64,000 nucleotides of DNA. It comes from Phoronis australis (lineage: Eukaryota; Animalia; Phoronida). The DNA is taken from positions 390,836 to 454,835 of the forward strand of contig NMRA01000325.1 of NCBI GenBank assembly GCA_002633005.1. The letters are read 5' to 3'. Below the pieces are notes generated by a model. That model was not told the DNA's origin, made no database searches, and saw only the letters and a program-made list of their open reading frames with translations. Both the position numbers and the translations under genes were made by a program. Below, piece after piece: positions 13,763 to 25,000 of the stretch; the first letter of the stretch is position 1; every line of letters begins with the position of its first letter.

Positions 13763-14370
13763 TACAACGACACCTGTGACTTCAGGTGTGATGTACAACC
13801 AGATAAAGCCACTCTAAGCTGCTTGCCAAGTAGCAAGTGCATCTTGGCTGAACAGTTTTGACGCTCAGCTCTCACACACGGGTTCAAGTCCCGGAGCCAC
13901 TGAAACTTTCTACATTGGCACCCAACAACAATAGAAGCCACAACCAGATGGGATGTTAGCACTCTTCTCGAGGAAGAGTCATACTCCAACAACTGCAGAA
14001 GAAACCCAGACAGGAGACATGGCCGACCTGAGGGGGCAGGTGGCAAACTTGATTCAAGGAGGGAAGTGTTGTGCATGGGTGGCGCAGCACTGAAGTGGGG
14101 AGGGGGCACAAAACCCCACAGCCCCCTGTGATGCACCGCGCATAGACCATGGGCGGCATATCACTGAAAAAAGTGGGGGCTATAGCCTCCCCAGCCCCCT
14201 ATGGTATGCCGCCCATGTTATGACACTGATTTCTCGGTGTGATGTACACCCAGATAAAGCCTTTCTAAGTCGCTTGTCAAGTGGCAATTGCCTCTGCTGA
14301 ACGGTTTGGATGCTCAGCTCTCATACATCCAACACGGGTTCAAGTCCCGGAGTCACCCCCATTTTCTACA
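13763..14370 (+). mobile_element. TRIM (miniature non-autonomous LTR retrotransposon) with tRNA-derived LTRs, Helenus-like
   Basis: Two ~150-bp direct repeats (~13763-13914; 14067-14370 minus an insertion), both ending TTTCTACA. PBS TGGCACCCAAC at 13916-13926 (tRNA-Lys-like). PPT AAGGAGGGAAG at 14056-14066 directly before TG. Each LTR has GCTCAGCTCTCA...CGGGTTCAAGTCCCGG (tRNA-Glu-like, with B box). Confidence 0.75.
14074..14217. mobile_element. Two tandem ~70-bp GC-rich hAT-like MITEs inserted in the 3' LTR of the TRIM
   Basis: Copy 14148-14217 has TIRs CATGGGCGGCATA / TATGCCGCCCATG; 14074-14144 is a decayed copy. The pair is flanked by TTGTG / TTATG (5-bp TSD with 1 mismatch). A related inverted copy lies at ~14859-14932. 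Confidence 0.65.
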
Positions 14371-14450
14371 GACATGTAGCTGGTATACCAGACAAACTGC
14401 ACTATCAATACCATGATTATACTACATCTACACGACTACCTACACTGACA

Positions 14451-17400
14451 GTAGGCAATGACCATTGCCTCTGCTGGACCTACCAGTTGAGGCGATGAAG
14501 CTCCTACAGGGGCTCCATAGGCCGGAAGCTTTTCGGCACTGGCTAAAGCATGAAAGTGACGTTTTTATAAATATCTTTTGCGCATATAGGGACACCTTAG
14601 GAGCTTGTCAATGTGTTTAATTCCTTCCAACTCGAACAAATACTCCCGTTATCAAACTTTTTCTTCAAGCAGTCCCTATTTCAGTTCCCAAAATCATGAA
14701 CTTATCATTTTCACTCGGCGCATGCCAAGAGATATGACCTCATTCTTTTAACCAGGTCAGAAGTTGCAGTCCTACTGGCGAACTTTGAAAGCTGAAGTCC
14801 CCGCCCTCTGCGTACGTGCTGCCGGTAACCAGCCGTGCATTTGCTGTGTTGTTAAGACGTAGGCGGTGCACTATAGGGGGCTGGAGCTGGGGAGGCTATA
14901 GCCCCTCACTTTTTCAGTGCCACGTCGCCCATAAAAGAACAGTTAATTTTGCCGAAAACTAGACAAATTTCGGGGTGATAGTAGCCTACCAGTTTTGTTA
15001 TCCGTTAATTATTGACGATCTCCGTTCAGTACGTATGAACGTTATTTATGCAAGGGCAGATTAAACGATGTTGACATACTGTCCTTAGAAAATCGCGGTT
15101 TCAACTAGCGTAACTCCAAATCCAGTAATGTGTACAGTTTGTGAGGCGTGAAACTGATGCTAATACATAGCTGATTTTCTGAATTGGAAACACTATCAAG
15201 TGACCATCAAATACTAAATCAGATTTTCCACAGATGTAGTAATGCGTGTAAAGTCACTTTGGTATCGTATCTTACGTACACCGAGGCCTCGCTCATGTAA
15301 TACTCGTGTGATCTTTCATGAATTTTATGTCAACTGGAAGCATGGTTTGAACAGTATCATGGATTATGATATGTGTTCGTCAGTGAGTGTTTTGGAAAAT
15401 GAAAAAGACCAATTTTTAAGATTAGGGAGTATACAAAAGGGCCACAAATTTTGCGTGAACGCTGTATCTGTTAGTGGTTATGCGTTTTTTTTTTTCCTAA
15501 AAGAGTGAGGATTCAATATGCAACTTAGTCTTCACAGGCAATTTAGTTCTAAATCACGGGTACACGACCATCGTCTGCTAAGTCGGAGCGAATTTTTAAC
15601 AATCGGAGGGTTTGGCCGTTTTCAACGCAAGGCGAAAATGGTGACGAACACAGACGTCAAAGTTAACGACATTGGCTTTCTCTCGCCATAATTTTGAAAT
15701 AACTGTTGACATGGGGATGGTTTATTTTTTACAACTAAGATTTCCTTAATTGAGCGATCTATCTGAAGAAAGAATATTATTGTCTTGAAAGAATATGCGT
15801 CCTTTTTCCCAAGGGCACAAGAATAGTGAGGTGTCTGCCGGTATACTCGTTAGGCCTAATGAAGTTTTCAGTGAAGCTTGTCATGTATGCAAAAAACATT
15901 TTTTTAATAAATCTACAGAACAAATTGAAAACAATATCACACTGGAGAATTTCTGTTTACTCACCAAGTTGCTGTCACGGTGCCCACACATGAACAGCTG
16001 TAGGATGATCCATTTAGACAAATGATCGACGATTTTCCTGATTGTACAGAAGGCAGCATAAGGAGAACGGAGATGGCACCAGTGGCCAAGATTCAAGTTT
16101 CTAGATGACATAGTCCTGAATATTTGTAACAATGTGGGGTGGCAATATCGAGCAGTAAACACAACTGTTCCCAAGTGAAGTTGGTCATTGCGGATTCAGG
16201 CGCAAGGTCTATATTCGCAGGGGTTGCTTCTTTTCGCAAGGCCTTTACTTTTTTCTTGACCTCGTGCATTATGATTTGGAGCATTGTATCCTTGCCCCTC
16301 TTTGTTCGAGAAAGCGCCCTTACGGCAACTGGTACACTGCGATTTTCTAAATTTCTCCTTATAACTTTCGCATGCCCTCGCTTTATTTCCATCGGTGTTG
16401 ACTTGGTATTTGAAATTACAAGAAGGCATTGAGAATATTCAAGAGACACTGCGCACAAGACATTGAAAGATAAGTTAAGAATTTGGACAGGGCAGTTGAA
16501 TTTTGAGCTCAATGTTAATGCGCGCACCAAGCTTTTAAAATGGGGGGCTTAGCTTTTTGACGATGTGGACCTCATACTAACAAAAAGCAGGAGGACTAAA
16601 TAAATGGGGTACCACGTTCAGAGCTCTGAATTGTGAGTTTGCGCCTATTTAGGGGACTTTTGTTACGTTTTTCACGGACTTCTTGTTTCTCTGAGGCGGA
16701 TCTATTAGCTCACTTCGCCAAATGGGAGGTCTCCTTCGAGCCCCCCTGGGTGCGTGCATGATGTTTACCTTATATATTTCTGTCGCGAACGCCAATCACA
16801 AACAGTGAAACAGCTTGGTTGTCATTTTGCCATTCACTGGCATTTGGGGCCCATTTCAACAAAATATAGCACATTGCGTTTTTTCACCTAAACACGGTCC
16901 CACGGTCTCATTCTCATTTGAGGCAGGCCAAATACCACAACAGGAACTCATGTAGTGGCCTGTAACTTAACATGAAACTTGAAATGAAGCTTACAGAAAA
17001 CAAAAACTTTGCATATAAGTACCTTTCTTTTTTTCTTGCCAGTAGATCATCGTCCAATGGCCGTTTTCTTATTCTTTCTTCCTTTCTATCATCCTCTGCC
17101 TTTTCAAAGAGATACGTTTCGTTCCGACATTTGGATGTGAAAATCTCTTTCTATGCTTTAAGCTTTATTTGAGCTTTAACAATTCCCCCGAGACAATAAA
17201 AACAAGTATAACACAGCGCTTTCTCACAAACCGACTTTTTGTCTTTAGCGAGGGAAGCAACGAAACGTAAGTTTCACACAACGCTATCTCTACGGTTACG
17301 CCTCCGTACTTCAATGTCCTTCAAGGACGCCTTTTGGCTTTTTAAAAGGTTCGTTGCAATTCATGCAACGCTTCTCACCGTCCATGTTAATACTGAACTG

Positions 17401-18262
17401 CAACGTGTATACATATCTTAATTTGTAAGTCAGTATCACTGTGTCTGTGTCATCGTTGGTCTGCAAGAATCATGACCACTCAATGAAATGGTCCAGTTGA
17501 TTTCGTATGAGATCATACTTAAATTTACCAACTGGCGGTTAGATCATGTTTTGAGCAAAACTGGCACTGAACAGACACATTTAATAATTACAGTTAAATA
17601 CATTAAAATAAAGTGAATAAACCTAGAAACTTGTCCGTTACCTGTTGCAAATGAATTTCGGAAAACGAATCATCTGAACCCTAACTTAACAACCTTTTAA
17701 ACATTAAAATGTCAAATGTGTGCACAAAGACTATTAAGTGTCATATCAACAGCATTTATTTTTATCAAATACAAACAATAATTCATTAAACACAACCAGT
17801 TTCAAGTAAGGCCAATTAATTAAAGACAAGTAGTGGTTGCCCGCTGAGACATTGCCATGGCATTTTGGAAACAAACATTTGACTGACAAGACCGCAATTT
17901 CTCAGCTTTGGCCTATTTAAAGATTGAGGTCATGAAGTCATATTACCTAGCGAGCGAGCGCGGTAAAAATTGGAGCGTGCGCAGTGTAAAAATGGTGAGT
18001 TCACGATTTTGGGAACTGAAAGATGGACTGCTCAAAGAAAAAGTTTGATAACGGGAGTATTTGTTCGAGTTGGAAGGAATTAAACACATCGACAAGCTCC
18101 TAAGGTGTCCCTCTGCGCGCAAAAGGTATTTATAAAAAAGTGACTTTGATGCTTTAGTCAGTGCGCGGCATAATTCGCCGAGAAGCTTCCGGCATATGGA
18201 GCCCTATAGAAGCTTCATCGCCTCAACTAGTAGGGCCAGCAGAGGCAATGGTCATTGCCTAC
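14451..18262. mobile_element. 3.8-kb DNA transposon with ~300-bp TIRs and decayed internal coding remnants (superfamily uncertain; Academ-like candidate)
   Basis: GTAGGCAATGACCATTGCCTCTGCTGG... at 14451 is mirrored by ...CCAGCAGAGGCAATGGTCATTGCCTAC ending at 18262. Inverted similarity continues ~300 bp inward, e.g. TTCCTTCCAACTCGAACAAATACTCCCGTTATCAAAC versus its reverse complement at ~18043-18080. Confidence 0.9.
15964..17385 (-). pseudogene. Decayed multi-exon gene inside the long-TIR element (N-terminal CxxC...CxxC finger plus helical region)
   Basis: MDGEKRCMNCNE (ATG 17385) ... KALCYTC; a charged exon remnant ending at donor AAAG|GTACTT (~17022); segment PESAMTNFTWEQLCLLLDIATP/TLLQIF ending at donor TTG|GTGAGT (~15964). 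Multiple stops and frameshifts. Confidence 0.45.
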
Positions 18263-18289
18263 AATGAGTCACTGTGTGACAGGTCCACT

Positions 18290-18396
18290 CACTTTCTCGA
18301 CAGTCTTTTTAAGTTTTTTGCAAGACTGAAAATGAAATTGCCATGAGTCATGTCAATTTCATTTTCAGTCTTGCAAAAAAGACTGTCGAGAAAGTG
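18290..18396. repeat. Near-perfect 107-bp palindrome (MITE-like) centred on a TGAGTCA motif
   Basis: CACTTTCTCGACAGTC..TTTTTTGCAAGACTGAAAATGAAATTG / CAATTTCATTTTCAGTCTTGCAAAAAA.GACTGTCGAGAAAGTG, with centre CATGAGTCATG. Confidence 0.85.
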
Positions 18397-18807
18397 TTAT
18401 CTTAGTAGCTCTCTGGTTCTCAAAGCCAGGAATTAGAATATCTTACGACAGCGGTACAATATAGAGTTCCATAAACTTTTCACTTTAACAAACCTGTTCA
18501 CGTGTGTTCTTCTTCCTTACTTAGTTCGACACTCAAAACAAAGTTGGTGGGCAGAGGTAACAAGCATAGAATCAAAACTTTTTATTTTATTTTGATAAAA
18601 AAGACCAAAATATTGAGCATCGACTTCTTTTTTGTAAATATGATCAAGAAATTTTCAAGTAATTGCTGTGCTTTTTAACATTTAGTACAGAACTGCTGTA
18701 AAGATTTGGTAAGGGTTGTGTTTTGCAAGCACATCAAAATCATCCAATGACATTGAACACAAACATTTGGTGCTGATCATCACGAGGGGTGTATTTCCGG
18801 CTCAAAG

Positions 18808-19081
18808 ATGGGGACTGGAGTCGTTGCACGGCTTCTTGTTGTCGTTGTTTTAACGCGTATTGCTTTGGCTAACAATGGAAACCAGAGCGCAAAAGTCTCG
18901 AATAAGTCTGTATCCGAGATAGAAAATACGATCGAGGACAGGGCCGAGAGTGTTCACAAGATAGACAGCTTGAACATCCTTGTTTTCATAATTTTGCTGG
19001 TGTTGACGGTTCTCACCGTGTGGGGATTCAAACATTATAGGCTGCGCTTTGTGCATGAGACAGGGTTAGCCATTACATATG
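18808..19081 (+). CDS. SLC9A6/7/9: NHE6/7/9 exon 1
   Basis: [10 protein letters not shown]...[43 protein letters not shown]; donor G|GTGAGT. Confidence 0.95.
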
Positions 19082-22000
19082 GTGAGTCCAGTTTTTTTTT
19101 TCTACATTCCTTATATGGAATCTTGCTACAAGCTATGGACTCATTCAAAGTTATAAATGTGTCAAGCGTACATCTGTGTGAGTTTTGGGAGGTAAAGCCA
19201 GGTCCATTCATTTTTTGACAGATCCAAGATTTCTTAATAGGAAGTCAAATTTTAGAAAAGTGGCGACCACACACACACTCTATTTTCTTAGACAAAACAG
19301 CACAGAGCTTCAGACTATGTTTAGGAGATGCAATTGATATCCTGTGAACACCAACAGTGCCTCCTCTGACTTTGAGTATAATCTTTATCAGAGTGGTGCA
19401 ATTTGGGTGAATTAGAACCTCGGTATAATTAAAATGTTAAAGTGATTTTCAGAGGTATGCCATCAATGCTTTAAAAGTTCAAGCACACTTCTATGAAACC
19501 TGAGGTACTACTTCATGTGATAACTACATTTTCCCCTCACTGGCTTTTGATAATTGAAACTGAACTGTTGTGTATTTAACAAATTCAATGTTTTTACAGA
19601 ACATTTCTTAAACTGTGACCATCTTATTCATAGTCAGTACATTTACTAAGCATAGTGCATTTTAAATCTCCTAGATTTTCTAACTGACCTGCTCATAGGG
19701 AGATTGCTTTCTTTATAGCTAAGAGACATTTTGGGGGATTAGACTTCTTTGACCAGAGCTGTAAAGCAAACATCCATTGTTAGTTTTTTGTGATTACAAA
19801 TCACCAATTCTAGCTGATGTCTGTCAAACATACACTGAAATAAAGACTAATGACTTTGCCAGTTTAATACACTTAAAATACCTTTCTTAATTCTCAATAT
19901 CAATCCCGTCAATGAGTTGGGTACTTGCTTGTTCTTGTCTAAATTTTCAAGCAGTGTATGGAGACATTATCAGATATCAGTTTTGCCAAATCCCGAATGA
20001 AAGTCAAAATTTGTTAAGTTTTCTTTCTGTTCTTAAAGATATTTCTATTGAGGGCTTACTTGTTAAATGGCAGTTTATGCAATGATCATTTTCCAATTGA
20101 CTGAAAAAAAAATTCATCCAGGATCTAAGTTTGATATTCAGAGTGTGTATTTAAACCCAAACCTTTCATTGACCATTGATATTTTTTCACTGAAAATTTT
20201 AAGGCTCTAGCTAAGAAATACTTGCTGTGACATTTGGGACATTTGGGAAATTTGTAGACATGCTCCTATTATGGATGAGACAGCATGTTCTAATTTCCGT
20301 GCGGATTTGTCTACTACCCTGCTCCCTATTAGGAAAATTTATGTTTACTTCTATATCTCCGAATTCCTTGTTAGATTTTCATGACATTTGGCAAAGAGAT
20401 TTCTATTATAGAGACGATGACACTTTCTCATTCTACTTAATCTGTGCCTCCTAGTGGAATATTTATTATTTTCACACCTGTTTTGGCATCTATCCCTTTG
20501 CACCAAACTGCTCGAATAGTTATTATGAAATTTCACTGATGTGTTCCTGTTGGGATGAGCTGACTTTTTTGTATGATCAAACTAGTTTGGTGTTCCATAG
20601 TGACAATATAGGTTTTCATTGACTCTTATGTCTATCAAATGTTCTTGGTGGGTTTTCATGAAATTTGTCGAATTGGTTTCTTTGAAAGAGATGATAACAG
20701 TGTCCAATTTTTCAATAGATTCATTCAAAGTATTCTGCACCCCCTTGTGGCCTTTCTATTATTACTGTGTCTGTTTGTGGTGTCTGGCTCTATATCCCCC
20801 AATGTACATGAAGGATCATTATGAAATTTTAAAAATTTGTCCTTAATGAGGTTATCACAACTAACATAGATTTTCGGAGATTCCTACTACTGTGATGTTC
20901 TCTAGTGGTGGATTTTTTTTCCTTATTATCTAGCAGTTTCCTTAATGGATCTTCATAACATTTAGTAGACGTGTTCCACTAGATGTAAGCATGCCTGACA
21001 TTGATTTTGGAATGAGTCCAACTACTGTGACATCCTTTAGTGGCAATTTCAGTTTTCTTTGCATTTGACTATATCTGCCATGTTTACCAAATTTGTCAAA
21101 TAAGTTTTTATCAAGAAGGCAACTGCAAGTGCTTTGGCTAATGCTTTGCCCGATAGTGGTCTTTTGTATATTAAATTGTGAAACTAATAAACACCCCTAG
21201 AATCATACTATTTGTAGCACAGTGCTGGAATCTTTTCAACACTGTGTATTGCTCTTGGTATTGATTGCACCTATGTCCCATGTATCCTCAAGATTTGATT
21301 GTACCTGGGAAATGCAAGCTGACAGTGAAGGAATTAGATGTGCTTCTGGAATGAATGTGTTACTTTAAAGATAAGTTGATGGAGCTTGATACAAGGATTC
21401 CAAATGGTCACTTCAATTTAATGTCCTTCATTTTGAACATTGCATACCCATACTAATGTAAATTATAGCTGGTTGCTTGCAACATTTTTACTACAAAATT
21501 TGGGCATCGTATGTGTCATTTTTTCTGACTTAGATAAGTGAAATTACATCTATGTGGCTACTACCATCACTAATAGGATTATAACTATTCAACTGGATAA
21601 ATAATGACTAATAATGCCAATAGCAAATCAATACTGTTGTATTATGTAGTGTTGAGCTATCACCATTCAGGTTATTGTCAAATCATAGACATGATGGTAG
21701 TCGTCAGCTATAAACTCTTTTCCAACATTTGTAATTTTGGTTAAATCTTTTTTTGTGACTACCAGACACATGACGGTTTGCTTGCAGCAAAAGTGTGTCA
21801 ACATATCTCATTAATGGTATAACACTCTTTAATTTTGAACATTGAAAGGGTTCGTTTGTAGGTCATATTTGTGATGTTGAAGCCTAACTGGTTTCGTTAA
21901 TGCTATATAAAATTCTAGATCTGGTTTCTTAAGAAAGAGTCATACAATATCATGAACAGTTCATGTTTTCAGGTTGTCCCTAATTGATATTCTAATTCTG

Positions 22001-25000
22001 CATTGAATGATGTTGGTTAAGTGCTATTTAAGCAAAATATTCAAGGTTTTAAGACATGTTTGTTGTAACTATATTTACGTGATTTGACATTTGACTTTTA
22101 AATTAATCGTGTGTTTATCTTGTGTGAAGAAATGGTAGAATGAGCAAGCAATTTCATCGAGTTAGTAATGACTTGATATGTTATTTTTTCTGCGATATGC
22201 GGGCTAACCTGCATTTACCTGTAGATAGCAGTATACTGCAATCAATTATACAGAATGTTGGTATCTGCTTGATGTTCATGTTGCCTCAGGCTTTTGTGAG
22301 CAGAGAACAGCTGAGTAAATATTTAATTTATAACTCATTTCATGTAGAAACCTGAGTCTCAGTGTGTTTCAGTTTCTTGACAAAGATAAAGTGAATCTCA
22401 TTAATTATCTTCAAAGATTGGTAATATTGCCCCGTTTTGCAATTTAACAATAAAAAATTATGTTATCCCATTGTGGTTCTCTTCTCGAAATTCAGAGTCA
22501 TTACATTGTGTTTCTATGTAACAATTCATCCAAGAAATGCGTACAAAAATTCAAGGTTTGGAAGTCTTTAAGTCACCTTAAAACGAAATTAAACTCACGT
22601 ATCAATATGGTAATTCAAGTCTGCTGTAGTTGTTTGGGTTAATGCCCAATATGTTATAACAGGGTCCTCCGGATTACATTGCATTTGTCCCAGAGATAAT
22701 AAAGCGTGACCTCGTTGTGGAAATCAGGCACATTTCCGTGTCTCTCATCGATGTCAGAAAGGCGAAGAATTTCATATCACGCATCCACGGGTATTTGTCC
22801 AGTTTATCAAACTTTCTCACGTCCGAGTTGTAGTCCACAGCACAGAAGTAATACTTTATTTGTGTTGGAAGTACGAATAGAGTAATGCAACTGAGAAAAA
22901 GTTTTAAAAAATGAGACAATAACAAATAACATGTGAAACTCCAATGACACGAAACCAAGGCAGCAAATGTGCTGGACGGATGTTTATGGCATTGTGGGTA
23001 AATATAGCGAGATTCGAGTGTCATTGTGTAATCCGGGATGGCCCTATTGGGACACCAAAAGTCTTGGGGAGTGGGTGTCAAGCTATGTACGGCACAGCAT
23101 GGCTATTCAAAAGTGATTTTGTATAGGTACATGAAAGGGCCTTTAGTCAAATGTGGGCATCAACCCAAATGGATATGGAAAGATTATTTTTTTCTAGTAA
23201 AAGTATAATTTATTTCACCATATCAGGCATTAAGGCGCTTTAACCTAACAGATTGTTTTAGAGTCATCTGACTTCATTCTTTTTTATTAATTATTAAGTA
23301 AGTAGTGTTACTAACATCATTTCAGGCCTTATTGTGGGTGCTATCATTCGATACACTACCAGCACCAAGGAACGCGTCTTTACAATTGCCAATGAAATCA
23401 AAGACGACGCCTTCCCCATGACCCTGAGGTTGGAAGTTAATGCTGAGAACCACTCACTCTACTACGACTATGTGTTCCAGGGACGCGCCGCTGAGTCGGG
23501 AAATGAGGCGGAGCTTGACATAAAGGTGGGTTGGGATCTATGGTTGATTTATAATCTAAAAGTATCAACCGGTCAAGGATTGTATTGTGGTTTGAAGCTG
23601 TTGTTTCATCTCCTGTTAAAAATGACTTAATTTATATCACCATCTGTTGTAAAACTGTTCCTTACTCTGCTTAGAAATGATTTCTGAAATAAGGTAGAAG
23701 TCTGAACACAATATAACTAATCACCAGGTCAAGCCAACTGAGTCTGGTCTCAAGGTATAATGTTCTGTTGGTTCGTCCAAACCCTTGAAATCACTTTTAA
23801 TATGAACAATAAACAAGTTGGGACACATTTTATAAGTAATAAATTTTAGTTCAAAGCAAGCTTTTAGATAGATGGTGGGTACTTCAAATCGAATTGCAGT
23901 ACAAAACACCTAGCTTTTTATGCTCGCTTTCTTTTAAATAAACTTCCATTCTAAAAGTCCCATATTTTAGACATGTGCAGTAACTTTCATTGAAATTAGA
24001 TCCATTGTAGAGCACGAACCTTAGAACTTGATTTAAAGCCTCAGTTGATCTGCTATGATCTTGCGTAATGGATCTGGTCACTCATGTAAGAACTCTGTTC
24101 ACACTGCATGGCAATCAAATCCATGATCCAGTATAGGAGGGATGGGAACCAGTGTTTGAAAAATGGTACGATACTGATAGGCCTACTAGAAATTTGGTGC
24201 CTTGTCTGCTTTGATGCTCATGGCAAGTACAATATACATACCAAAGACATGTACATTTTGTGTTGTTAGCTGTCTTTATAAATGTGTCTGCATGTGGATG
24301 TTCATTCACATTCAGAATAAGCCAGCTACTGGACCACAAATAAGTCTGAGGTGAACCATGCAGCTTCTGTGTTGTTTTTGATGTAATGAGTAACCTACCA
24401 TGCCCGCACAATTTTCAAGGGATGAATTGACCCAGACAATGTAGTATATCCATTTGATATTTTCCTCGTATTTTCCACTCATTTTGTGTTTGGTTTAGTA
24501 TCGGTACCAGGAACTGCTGTGCACCTGTAACACTACTGGTAAATATGCTCTTGTTTTGCGTAGAAATTTAAGAACTTTTCGCCATTTTGTGTTTCTATGT
24601 CTCATTTTCAAGACGCTGCCCAAAATTTAAGCAGTTGTGCCAGTAACGTTCCTGACCTTGATTGATGACCACTGGAATGATTCAAAACATTCAATCTGTA
24701 ATATGTCAAAGTGTGTGCAATATATTCCTCTTGAACAGTTAATCAGCGAATCGTGTACAATTCATTGATTTTGTGAGCTGTATTTTTATTAGTTTCATAT
24801 TGACCATTGATTCCCACACTCTGGTTCATGCATCTTAGAGCAGCGTGTGGGTTTTAAGGGGGCTACATGCTGTTATTCTTTAGGGATATTAAGTTTAGGC
24901 AGGGGAATTATGTAGTCTTGAGAATTCATTGGATGTTTTCCTAAATGTTTACTTTGTTTGACGAAAATTTTTGCCAAGGCCAATTTTGTGTCAAAAAGCT

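Noticed and set aside
13845-14355. Two functional tRNA-Glu genes
   Set aside because: Acceptor and anticodon stems do not pair properly, and the sequences are embedded in LTR-like repeats; they are tRNA-derived only.
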